DNA from: Lepidodermella squamata | Taxonomy: Eukaryota > Animalia > Gastrotricha | Assembly (NCBI GenBank): GCA_047495785.1 | Contig: JBLDXI010000009.1 | Location: 2,046,001 to 2,110,000, forward strand | Direction of reading: 5' to 3' | DNA: 64,000 nt | Made by a program: the position numbers and the translations under genes | Shown: piece after piece, positions 13,688 through 25,855 of the stretch | Layout of the letters: the number at the start of each line of letters is the position of its first letter | How positions within the stretch are numbered: position 1 is the first letter of the stretch | The notes under the pieces: model-generated | Seen by the model: the letters and a program-made list of their open reading frames with translations, nothing else | Told to the model about the DNA's origin: nothing | Databases searched by the model: none

Positions 13688-14542
13688 CTCTCCTTCCAAA
13701 ACAAACAGATATTAACCCTAATTATAATGCAAATCAATAATTAATTCAGTTGCGTTTTTTTACTGTAACGACAAATAAAATGTGGGCTTCTGTCTCTGAC
13801 AATAACGATAGTATTTTCATATATGTACTCTCATCATAAAAAGCATGCCAGAGGCGTAGCAAATTATAATATAATAAATTCACGCTTAAATCCAGGTTTC
13901 GGATGAACAAATAATAAATAAACATTGGATTGCACAATAAATAAAAAATTCACAAGAAAAGCTTCAGAATGACTGATTACACATCGAGTTCGAAACGGCA
14001 CAGTATTAATGATTAGGAAAATGTAGTAAATTCAAGCACATCACGTCTAGGACAAGAATGATGATGATAACTTTCTCTTTCAAGAAGTAAGAAATATAGC
14101 GAGAATAAAGATGTTTGGTTGAGACAATGATTTGAGTCTACTTGTGCGAATTCAGTTAATGAAAGTATTTCTCAAAATTAAACATATCAAAAAGAAGGAT
14201 ACACCGTGAAGTATTGATGTATCTTATCTGAAACACATCGCTAAACATGTGATATTCTATTCAACTAGAGGTGAGAATGAGCCTGTCATGTTTAACAGAA
14301 CTCAATGAAGTACCACAGCCTTTCAACAATAGTATATTTTCACGGATAAAATCACGCAGGCTTCAAGTATTCAGGACATGAAATTAATTGACAACGCGGA
14401 TAGAACTGAAGTTAACGAACTGTCCAGCCTGAACATTACATGCATGTTCCATAAAATATTCGGTATAAAAACTATCGGACGAGTGACACGCATTGTTTTT
14501 GGAAAGTTAATATCTGCTAATTTGTTTGCATTTATGTTACTT

Positions 14543-16562
14543 TTATTTCCGAGCCTGGTTGCTGCTATTGTTTCCACCCGCTGTGCTCGATGAAGCTGAA
14601 GAATTTCCGCTGAATAAAGTTGAGATCCGCTGAGATATCGCTGCGGTAGCGATCTGGGCAGTCGATTGAATGCGGGCAGCGGCTGCGTTCAAAGTTGCAG
14701 CTGTAGAAGCAGCTCCGCCACTAGCAGCTGGCGATGAAGAAGCTTGAGGGGTAACAGCGACGGGTTGGAACGAAGAGGGAAGCGGTGCTGGGGTAGGCTG
14801 AAGTATTGGGGCGGAACTAACTGGCGAAGGCGGTTGCAAAAAAGGATTATTTGGGTTGAGAACAACGGGGGTGGTGCCAGAAACCGGGATCAAAGGAGTT
14901 GTCGTTCTGCTATAACCAACGCTATTCGCTCCACTAGCATGACTAGTCGGGGTCGGGGAAGTTGAATTAATCTGATGACTATTCAGCATAAGCGGCAAAG
15001 TGCTAGGGTGTGGAATTGTCGGTATCGAACTAGGTATGGTAACGGGTTGGTCAAAGAAACTAGAACCTTGACCATCTTGTTCACTCATTTTAGCCAGTAA
15101 TGGTTGAATCCACCGGCGTATATCGAAAGGGTCCTCCTTCGCCCTCATAGCCATTTCGTATGATGAATAAAATGGGAAAGTCATTAGCTGCGTATATTTA
15201 GGTCTCTCGTCTTGTTTTTTGGCCAAACAAGCCGAGACGAATTGTTTGAAATCTGAAGAGAAGTTGCCATGTAACGTTGGGGCGTCATAATCAACAATTC
15301 GCGCCATCAATTCAAAAGCAACTTGATAGTCTTTGTAAGGGTGGTCACCGGTAGCCAGCTCAATTAAAGATATTCCTAAGCTCCACACATCCGCTCTAAT
15401 ATCATAAGCCGAGACGCTCGTGTCGACACGTTCAGGAGATAAATAAGCATAACAGCCAGCACTGCGAGTTTTCGCTTGCGAATCAACCAATTCGCCACTA
15501 AGAGAAAAGTCGCAAAGTTTAATTTTGCCACTATCCGAGACTAGAATATTGGATGGCTTCACGTCGCGATGAATTATGTTGTGCTTTTCCTTCAAGTAAT
15601 TGAGAGCCCTGTCGTATAAAAATGAAACAATATAAAAATTTATTAGTATGGCAAATTTTTTCTTACTTGACAGTAGAGACACTTAGGACACCTAAGACAT
15701 GCTCAGGAATACAGGGAATGGCTTTCCGAATCAACTTGTCAAAGCAAGTGGCCATAAGTTCCATGCAAATCCATAGATCTGACGTTGTCATGAAAAATCC
15801 GTAGAATCGAACGATTTCAGGGCAACTACATTTTCGAACAATATCTAAATCGGTGTATGTCCTCTTGTTTTCTTCATCTCTGGAGGTTCGTCGGAGTTGC
15901 TTGACGGCCATTTCGTGGCCAGTTCGTTTGAGCCGCATGCGAACTACAGTTCCGTAAGTTCCTTGACCGATTGATTGAACCACTTCCATTTCTTCCTGTA
16001 AACATTCACCATCAAAAGATGGTCATCTAATTCGCAACTTGCAAACCTGAAAGACGTGTATAGGGGGCCGATCATCCCAGAACTGAAGCGAACCGGAAGA
16101 CTGTTCCATTTCGCGATAACGTTGATCTAATACACCATGAGCACGACTTGCAAGAGGGCTACCGCACCGACCAGGGGAGACAGAAATCCCGTTGGTAAAA
16201 CTCGAACTACTGGTAGATCCAATTAAAGTATTTTGATGGCGTGGAATGCATGGACTATTTAATATGCTAGGCCGTCGAGGACTGGAACTTCGAGCATGCC
16301 AATCCGGAGAATCTACAGAAATGGCTTGTTTGCCTCGTTGAGCAAATAATTGTTGACGATTCAATTGCGAAGGATTAGCACGAGGTGGCTGCTGATGAAG
16401 ACCTCTGAGTGTTATGTCATCATTGGCGTCATTCTCCATAATACTGTCATTGTTGAATACCAGAGCTGGCTTCTGAGCAGTAAATGGGTTATATGAAGTA
16501 TCTCCAGTACAATCGATAGTCTGCCCCTTCACAAGTCGAGCACGACCCGTGGGAGCAGTCAT
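14543..16562 (-). CDS. MAP2K7: MAP kinase kinase 7 (hemipterous-like)
   Basis: IGQGTYGTV, MAVKQLRR, HRDVKPSN, LVDSQAKTRSAGC (MKK7-type activation loop), YDIRADVWSLG; three exons with ~50-60-nt introns. Confidence 0.9.
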
Positions 16563-18322
16563 CTTCAATCTAGAAATTATATTATTAAATTAAAATTTTC
16601 AGGCAAGCGCCGAGAATATCGCATCTATTCAATCAGTCAAAATGGCATTGAAGGCTGAAGATTGAAGATAAGTATGAATTGGCACTCCAAAGCAAGGATC
16701 GTGGCAACAAGTTTTTGGTGGTGTTATTGCCTCAGTTCAGTTCGGTATTTAATAATACTTTTCCCTTAATAATACTTTAAGCAATCAAGCCAAGTGAGTA
16801 TTTCCCATTCACTGACTCTTACTTGCAATTGCCAACGGCAGATATCAGTACCAAGCTTAGACATTGCAACCGTCAGATTAAGGGGACCTTTATTAGATTG
16901 AAGATTTTTCAATTTCGTATCACCAAATCTATCGAATCCTTCAAGTTGTCTAGTAAGTTAATTACTAAACTGCCGCGACTTCGTCCATAGGGAGGGTAGT
17001 GATTTGTCAAAACTCACAGAACAAACTAGAAGGAAAAACCGAATCATGAATACAAAAATCCTCAAAGCCATATAACACTGACATGCTACATAATAGTTAG
17101 GTATAGCAACTCATCCTTAACTATAGAATGGCTTTGCACATGACGGGAGCCGCATTACTTGGTTTTCACAGAGTTTTAGTCAAAGTCTGATGACAGATGA
17201 ATATGCATTTCAAGCATGAATAACGATTTTGACCACCACATCAGAACTTGTAGAATTTTCGTAGCGAGAATTGCAAATTCTAAGAAGAAGGCATTCAAGA
17301 GAATTTAACAATGAAAATACGAGAATGGCGTAAGATCAATCTTGATTTTGACACCTGTGAATCGTGCTGCAAATCTGTAACAGATCTGGTATCCATTACC
17401 ATCAATAAAATCTGTAACCGCTAAAAAGGTTAGCTAAAAAGGTTTAGCGGTCTAGTGGATTTGGACTAGGGACTTAACGACGAAAAATTCAAATGAACTT
17501 GACAAAAATAATTTTTGTAGTCGAATTATTTACAAAATAAATTTAAAATGCGTCGATAAAAAAATAAGTTTGTAGTTTAGGACGCTTGTTAATTTGCAGC
17601 CCTTCAGGTTCGGTTTGAAGAAGCTCTGAAGTGCAATTGACTGGCACTGCTCTTGGATGCTTTTAGCTTCAGGTTCTTGATTGATGTGGTGCGACTTTCG
17701 ATTTCGAGCTTCTTAAACTGCAGCCACCCGCAGCCACCGCTTAAGTCGTCGTCTTGTCAGAGCTACTTACAGTCGTCTAGAAGAGCCAGTACAGTTCTCT
17801 CGGATGCTTGTCGGACTAGCCACTACTCTGATGATGATGAATGCGTTTTATTATTAAAGCCCCAGACTTTAACATATTTCTTAAACGTTATTGAAAATAC
17901 ATGAGTTAGTTAAGAGGATATGATACTAAGTCTTACAAAAATGTCACACAATTTACAAAAATGTCACACAATCTAAGGATCAAATCCCCTATCTCAGAAA
18001 ATTTAATATTCAATCGATTCAATCGCCACTACTCTGACCTTGTGATCTTGCTGTTGAGTCGTTAGCAGCGCCGTCTACTGATTCAATCAGTACTAGTCAG
18101 TACCCAACCCCCTACCCTACCCTACCTTGTCGGTTTTCTTTCTGAAACTTTGCTGTTTGCCTTTTTCACTGCTAGGTATGCTTTTAAATTCATTAAATAA
18201 ACCAGCAATAAAATGAATATATGATGTTAAGGGATTTTATATAATGTTAATACCGCAAAATCCGGAAAAATCCCATGTATTGTTCGCTAGATTTTGTTAA
18301 TATTCAGAAATTTTGATACGAC

Positions 18323-20567
18323 ATGCAGGCTGGCTCATATTATCGAACCTCGGACCACATTAACAACTTCAAAATTAGGTATTTGAATTCCATCGTCTGA
18401 AATTTGTCATTTTATATCACTTTCATGCAGAGTAAAATTATGGCGCGCCTCATCAAATGTTCCTGGGCTAAGTTCCTTTGACACTTCATCGGAAGCATCA
18501 GTGACCAGTCCATCAAAATCAACTGACGTTGAGGAATATACCTTCTCATGGCAGGAGAAAATATTTTCTCAGGTACCAATAAGCCACTTAAATTTCTCTC
18601 TTTCATATACAATCTCCGGTTACAGCGAGAGATCGACTACTACCGAGTCACAAGGGAATATACCGTACCTATCGAAATGAAATATCATGACGACGTCCTG
18701 AAGCTTACGTATGTTTTTTTTTATTTTTTTTAATGCTAATTTAATTGATTAATCGTTAATTACAATCAGGAAGAACCTATCTTCATACCCGAAGTTTTTA
18801 TTCACCTACGTCGAAGCCGATGTCAATCGTCCCAATCCATCAGTAAATATGATTTATTAAAGTCTGAATATTCGTGACCGCTCCATTTTTAGTTAACCAA
18901 ACCGACAACTACTGACTTTATTCATCCTGCATTGGCTCAGCGTGAGGCTCTATCATCCCAGATTAAGAGTCATCCTGGATTTCACAGCTCCGCTGCTAGT
19001 CGTATTCGGCCCTTTGGGGACGGAGAATTTGGTGGAACTATACGACACAGAGGACGGGTCGTTGAATTCGAGCCATCACCCGAATTCAAAAGCAAGCGTT
19101 CACATGTATTGGGTACATTCCAAACAATGTACATCATGGCTGATGTCACCCGGTCCAAATCTACCGAAACGAAAACGGAAAATTCAACAGCTGATGCCGA
19201 GGAGAACAAAGAGAATGAAAATAAATCCCCACACTCGCCAAAAGCCAAGCCAGCAGAATCGGAAAAGTCTGATTCTTCAGAAGTGCTTCTGTGTATGATT
19301 CGTTACGATTCAACTTCTGGTTTGCTCATAATGAAGCCTGATTTTAACGGAAATCGAGAGCCATACGACATATCAGCCACCAGTCATTCGGATTCGTTTC
19401 AATACCGAATTATTCACAGCTCGAATCAAATGACGGCTCAAGATCGTGAGCGGGATAGACAAACTTTGTCCTTGGTTGATGCTCAAAGGGCAAACCTCTT
19501 ACGTGCATCTGTCGGTCCCGATTTCGAAATAGTAAGTTCACTCTCTTAATGCATATGATTTCGGTTTTATCCTAATTTTATTATTAGCCTTATCGAGACG
19601 TGTTTCGACTCGTGGCGTTCGGAGAAATCCTAACGGCTACAGACTTTGAATACGATAGCGTCTACGTGCAACATTCATGGGACTTACCGTCAATGTGGAG
19701 CTTGGCTCCTCGATGCCCATCAGGTGGTGTTACTCAACGTTGCGCAAGAACGTTGATAGGTACCTTGACATTTCTTTTTCTTGATATCATTTATTGCTTC
19801 TTTTTATAGACGATCACTACGTTGCGTTTTTCTCTTCTCCCATTGAGCTCGATGCTTTCTATAACTGCACAGCAGACTTCGACAAATCTGTCATTCGATT
19901 TCCATCATTATTAGTTCACGTTGCTTCGATGGATTCTTGGAACCGAGTCAGAACTGAAGGTTATGGCTACGTTGACGTCCCTTTCGAATGTGGCGTCCAC
20001 GAGTTGGAAATTAACTGTTGGCGTCCCGTTGGTCGGTCTATGTTTGATGAAATGCGCCGTTTCTTTATCGGCGCCACACCCGAAGTAGAGGACATGACAT
20101 ACGCACGGGTCCCTTCCTCGTTTCAAGGAAACCGATTATCTCGTTTGGGATTTCGAGTTCAATCGACAGGTAAAGTGAAGGTTCGATTGCATGTAATGCA
20201 ACAGGCGGGTGAATCTGGGGGCGCGGCTGCTGAATTTATGCATCAAATTACGGGCAGGCCTCAAATGGGCTTCATTCCAGATAGTCAAATGGCTGCACGA
20301 ATGACTCAACGTGGTCTAACAGGCCTCAGTGCTCTTTCACAAGCAGTGCAAGCCGTTCTTGAAGGCTATCAAAAAGCCAAGGAAAAGCTCGCCGCTGCCA
20401 GAGAGGGTCTTCCAGGCCATTTACGGGCCTTATTAATGCTGTCTGCAACTGAGGGACCTCAGCAGTCCCAACTTGCCTCGGCGGCGTCAGCAGTAATTTC
20501 GAGTCGAATGGCTGCAACCAATCGATTTATTGCCGAGCGAGTCCGAGCTCAAGCCAAAAAAGAATGA
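18323..20567 (+). CDS. MKS1: MKS1 transition-zone B9/C2 protein
   Basis: N-terminal YYRTSDHINNFKI, FSWQEKIFSQ, FQTMYIMAD; B9 domain GEILTATDFEYD...SMDSWNRVRTEGYGY...CWRP...RRFFIG. Confidence 0.9.
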
Positions 20568-20699
20568 CGAACTTGTTACTCACTGTTTATGTTATAATCA
20601 ATCACCATGTTGCAGTTATTTGTTACAGTTCATATCACTCGTATTCGATGCTCAAAGCAATAAAACATCAGTTTACAGAAAGGATTTTTGTTGAACATC

Positions 20700-21309
20700 A
20701 TGAGACCTAACAACATAATAGCCGTATTAGTTATATTTATTTCTCGGGTGGCAGGTAATATAATATTATGCAAGGTTTAGTATTTCAGATTTTTCATGTT
20801 GAAGGCTTCCAAATCAACTTCGAGAAAGGTCGATGGTGCTACGGGTGCCTTGGCACAGTTGAAGCTTGTCAAATTTCTCAGCCTGGAATTTGCCCCGTCA
20901 ACAAGCCGTATTGTCTGGTGGGGGTTTTAATCGGGCAGTAATTTTTAACATTTTTAATTTATTATGTCCTCAGTTTTCCTTCAATCGCTTTACTGGCATG
21001 GTAATTCAACATTGCGCCGATCTGGACACCTGTGGTTTGCCTCGTATGAAACGAAGCATCAATACGTATTTCGATCCTCGCAAAGCGGTCATGAATTGCT
21101 GCAATTACGATCACTGTGAGAAATTTCACAAGATAGGTATCTGTGTAATTTATTGCCAATTTTGCAATCTAATAGGTAACTGTATTGGGGTTCAATGCAA
21201 GCCTCTTCCCGGTGCCTGGGCGTCAACGTTAAGGAACAAGAAGTACCATTACATTTATGTTTGCTCATTTTTGGCTTATGTTTTACGTTTGTTGATGACA
21301 CATTTTTAA
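20700..21309 (+). CDS. Ly6/uPAR three-finger protein, paralogue 1, probably GPI-anchored
   Basis: Four exons: signal peptide MRPNNIIAVLVIFISRVA; WCYGCLGTVEACQISQPGICPVNKPYCL; FSFNRFTGMVIQHCADLDTCGLPRMKRSINTYFDPRKAVMNCCNYDH; CNCIGVQCKP plus hydrophobic tail. LU cysteine spacing and CCxxxxCN present. Confidence 0.82.
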
Positions 21310-21481
21310 AATGAACCTGCAATAAATTGACCGACTTGGAGGCCAATCACGAGTTTTATTCGACACGTGCGGCTCTGAACAGTCGCGTGTCTCAGGATTC
21401 CAAGGTCTACGGACGAGTAGCTGTAAACATTTTTTGCGAACTTACACAAACTCACCTTAACTTCAAAATATCAAAAATACC

Positions 21482-22145
21482 ATGCTAATGCACGCTACGA
21501 ACAATCAGATCTTTTCCTTGTTCCTAATTTTATCTTTTTGGCATCTCTCAGGTAAGTTGGCGAAAAATTAAGGAAGAAATACAGATTTGATTTTTTTATT
21601 GATAAGACGCGATTTCCTGTTACGATTGCCACGGAGCAATAACTTTATGCTCGGAAAAGCGGCCAACCAGGATGTGTCCTGAAGACAAGCCGTACTGCAT
21701 GGTATGCTTTGATTAGTATTTAATTTCTCCTTCGTGTCACATCAAAATATTCAAGTTCTCTTGGAATCGCCGTTCTGGAATGGCTGCCCAAGGTTGCGGC
21801 GACTCTAATTTATGTGGCAATCCTCGAAACAAACGAGGCCTTTACTACCCCTACCCTCAGGAACAGTACGAAAGCATCCCGAACACTGACGAGGTGACTG
21901 ATTTTTTTCAGCTTTGTTTGACTGCTTCATTTTTTACTCCATTCGTTCTTAGATGATAAACTGCTGTAATTACGATTTTTGCAACTGCCTCGGTAAGCTT
22001 CTACTGTTTTGGGTCTAGTGGACATCTGACCGCAATTGATATATTTACAGGGAGCCAATGCAAACCCATCACAGGAACGACAACAAAACCAATGGCGACC
22101 TCCTTCATTTTCATCACTGTACTTGTTTGCTTCCTTATGAACTGA
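21482..22145 (+). CDS. Ly6/uPAR three-finger protein, paralogue 2, probably GPI-anchored
   Basis: Five exons: signal MLMHATNNQIFSLFLILSFWHLS; AISCYDCHGAITLCSEKRPTRMCPEDKPYCM; FSWNRRSGMAAQGCGDSNLCGNPRNKRGLYYPYPQEQYESIPNTDE; MINCCNYDFCNCL; GSQCKPITGTTTKPMATSFIFITVLVCFLMN*. Absent from the ORF track because the exons are short. Confidence 0.85.
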
Positions 22146-22296
22146 CCGATATTCAATTTTTCTACCATTGATCTTATTTCCAACACATTTTATACATTGA
22201 CAAAATAAAAGAATGCTGAGCAATGTTCTATTTTATTCGAAAATTCACAGTGGTTCATCATAAAAAACGCCAGGAACCAAAACAACAACAAATTTT

Positions 22297-25200
22297 CTAG
22301 AGATAGAGACTGGCGGCGAAAACAATATCTCGCTTAAGCAGCCGAATCGCCTCGGAAAACTTGTCCTCCAAGTCGACGGAGCCGATCGCACGGGCAGCTA
22401 GACACATCTCGCGTAGAGTTTCCTCAAGTTGTCGCATGCATCTCACAATTCCACCTTCGAAAAAGTCGGACATTTTGCACAGCTGGGAGAAAGACGCGCC
22501 TTGACACCAAGCGTGGACCAGTGCCATAGTATAAGGCCGATATTGCTCGACGTACTCGTCTTCGTCACAATCTTCCAAGGCTTTACATTCCTTCATTAGC
22601 TTGGCGACTTTACGGGCAGTTTCTTGAAGATGACGTAAACTGGTCGAAAGGGCGTCGCTCAATTTCGGCATTTCATTGCCTTTCTCTTCGGAGACAAGAC
22701 AGCTTAACAGAGCCGCACATTCAGCCGGCGTCAATTTATTGAATTCACCACCAAGTAGAAGTTCGGTCATCATCAACTCATCGGCACAGCTCACTTCACA
22801 AGCAACCCGGCCTTTTGTTTCGATGATATCTGTCGCACTGATGTAACCCAGTCGACGCAGGACTCGCTTCATAGCTTTAAGCTGAGTCAAATGAAGTAGG
22901 GAACAGCGACGCTTCAATTCAGCCTTGCAATTTCTCAACTCCGCAGCGAGTTGCTGCTTCTTTTCGTAAGACGTGAGAAGAGTTGGTAAATTATTCGACC
23001 CGCTGAGAGGGTGTTTCGGCAACAAAGTGTCGACTACCTTCAGCTGTTGCATCAGGTCCTTAAACTTCTGATCTTTGATTTGCATATCTTCCTCCGGGTC
23101 GATCATAGGAAGACCGGCCGGGAAACGCTGTTCGACCTCCAGAACAAGCTTATTGACAGCTTCGCGCGCTTCCAATTGCCTAACATCTCGAGGTAGGTAC
23201 AAGCGAATCGCACTGACCTCGCTGATGAGGTCATGAGTAACCGGAACCACGACAGTTTCGCCATCCGAAGACGTTGTCGCACAAGGCGTGATTAGCTTGA
23301 TATCCCGCATTTGAACGCTGGCTTTCGAAATTCGAAGCAAAACTTCGATTACATAGGTTGGGCTATCTTCACGCGCCCCTTTCGGCTTTCTCGTATTTTC
23401 ATCGATTTGACGCTTTGTGAAGTTGACAACAGGTCCCCACCCGAAGTCCTGGCCGTCACGAACAACGTGAAGCAGACGACCCGGTTGGAGGAATGGCAAC
23501 AAATATTGCGGTTTGTGGATGAAATTTTTAATCTCTGCTCTCAGTTTCGAAGACTGCTGTTTAAGATCCCAATATGAGGCAACGTCAACCTCGTTCGCAA
23601 CCTCGAGAGATTTGTATCTCTGCTCCAACTCCGCAAGTTTCGCATATGCCTCGGGTAAAGTCGAGTAGTTCTGGAACTGGAAAAACGATTTTTCCATCAT
23701 ATACTCCGGGTTGATCTCTTCGACTCGAAGCAAGTTCAATATCATGTTGTAGGTCAAACGGAAAGCAGAATTTAGAGGGTCCGGTTGGCCTTTGATGATC
23801 TGCTTGCAAGCGGCAGGGCTGATGTTGTCCTCTATCATCATAATTACAATACCACGCTCGTCAATGCCACGGCGACCGGCTCTGAAATTCATCAATTAAT
23901 CAATCGCCGATACTTATTCACGTGTAAAACGAACCTTCCAGACATTTGAATGTATTCTCCCGATGTAATATAGCGGAAATTTTTGCCGTCAAATTTACGA
24001 TTGCTGGTGTAAAGTACAGTTCTGGCGGGCATGTTCAGACCCTGAAAATAGCATTTTGAAATTATCGAACTTGATAAAATACCCGATGGCTTACCATAGC
24101 AAAGGTTTCAGTAGCGAAAAGTACTTTGATCAAGCCTTCTTGGAACAAAATCTCAATGGTCTCTTTCAGTAAAGGTAGAAGACCCGAGTGATGGATGCCA
24201 ACACCACGCCGCAGGAAAGGCAGAACACTTTCGATTTGAGGCAGCTTTTTATCTTCATCGCTCAGGGTTCCAACGGCGTTTTCGAAAATCTAAATGGCAT
24301 ATTATTAAAAATTATTAGGAAGAAAACTGGGAAATTACCTCAGTAACCAATGCCTTCTCTTCGTCGGAATTAAAATCCATCTTTGCCGCTTCAATACCAT
24401 AAGCTTCACAATCTTTTCGGCTGAAGCTGAAAACGATGACCGGGGTCAAATCTCGCTCAGAAACCATTTTAACCAGTCGATAGCATCCACTTCCGCTACC
24501 TCCATGGCCAGCAGTCGCCTTCATACCACCCCGACGGCCAAAAGTATTAGGCCCAGCAGCACCCGCCAACTTTTGAAGTTCATTCATCGCTTGATTGAAA
24601 TTATCATCCAAGAATTCACCGCTCTCATTTACAACCAAAAAGGTTCCCTCAGCGCCGCTAGGATAGATGTAGTGCTGGAGGGGAGTGGGCCGGTACTCGG
24701 TATAGACGACGTGGCAAGGCTGGTGGTGGGTGTGAGCAATCCATTCAGCAAACTGAATCGCATTAGGAATAGTGGCACTCAAGAAGACGTAGCGAACACT
24801 ATCAGGCAGCAAAATGATGGTCTCCTCCCAGACAACACCTCGCTCCTTATCACGCATGTAGTGAATTTCGTCGAAAACGACCCAGGCGACTTCGCGCATA
24901 ATCTCAGAACCGCGATACAACATCGACCGCAAGATTTCGGTAGTCATCACAATGCAAGAAGCGTTCGGGTTGATCGTCACGTCGCCGGTCATCAGGCCGA
25001 CGTCTTGGAATTCTTCGTACAACTCTCGATATTTTTGATTGGACAAAGCCTTGATAGGCGATGTGTAAATTACTCGCTGTTTAGCACGAAGGGACATAGC
25101 TATGGCGTAAGTAGCAACCACGGTTTTACCGGCTGAGGTATGAGCAGATACTAGAACAGATTGCAAATTTTCCAGACATAAAATAGCTTCTTTCTGAAAC

Positions 25201-25676
25201 GGATCGAGAATAAATGGGTACTCCTTAGCTGGTTTTTCTGGTGCCGGATTGAGTGGGACGTATTGCGCCTCAGGTGGGACAGCGACTTCGTGTAAGCAAG
25301 CCTCGACGGTCTGAACCCTGTGAATTTTGATTCGAGGCATACGTTCGAGGGCGGAAACATCTTCAACCAAAGTTTCCATTAATTTCGATCGCTTTTTCTC
25401 AGTCTCAGGGTCTTCAACCTCATCAGCATCTTCATCATCATTATTTTTCTTCGCATCGTCTTCGCTATCGTCAATTACTATTGCGTCATTGCCCTTTAAA
25501 TCACGCTTTCGCTCAGCTTTTTTGCCTGGTTTTGGCTTCAATTCTTCTTCCAAATTAGCCAGTTCGTCATCTACATTAATTACGTCAGCCTTTTGCTGGC
25601 TGGATTCAGCCTTGCCTTTGACCTCTGTAGTTTTCTCTGACTCGTCAAATACATCGAATAGAGCGTCTGGGTCCAT
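22297..25676 (-). CDS. MTREX: Exosome RNA helicase MTR4/SKIV2L2
   Basis: [33 protein letters not shown], arch/KOW region, terminal [11 protein letters not shown]. Confidence 0.97.
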
Positions 25677-25855
25677 AATAATTGTCCAGTAAAATAAACC
25701 TAGTGTAAAATAGAACAATAAAATAACAATTGAGCGATGAAGAGACTTGATTTTTCATTGCAGCAATGCAAAACAAAAGATAAATTCAATCATTCAAATC
25801 ACATAGTATTTTGTCACACATGTAGAAATTCCGAGTCAAACACTTGAAGATCTCA

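Noticed and set aside
17934-17972. 20-bp direct duplication tacaaaaatgtcacacaat
   Set aside because: Two adjacent copies only; simple slippage, not a CRISPR-like array.
20780-22220. Apparent minus-strand Cys-containing exons, including a frame that reads well if TGA were Trp
   Set aside because: Fully explained as the antisense of the two Ly6 genes; TGA is a normal stop in MAEL, PPIL3 and SNAPIN, so no recoding is implied.
24504-25136. 210-aa ORF antisense to MTREX
   Set aside because: Typical antisense shadow of a conserved, codon-biased exon.
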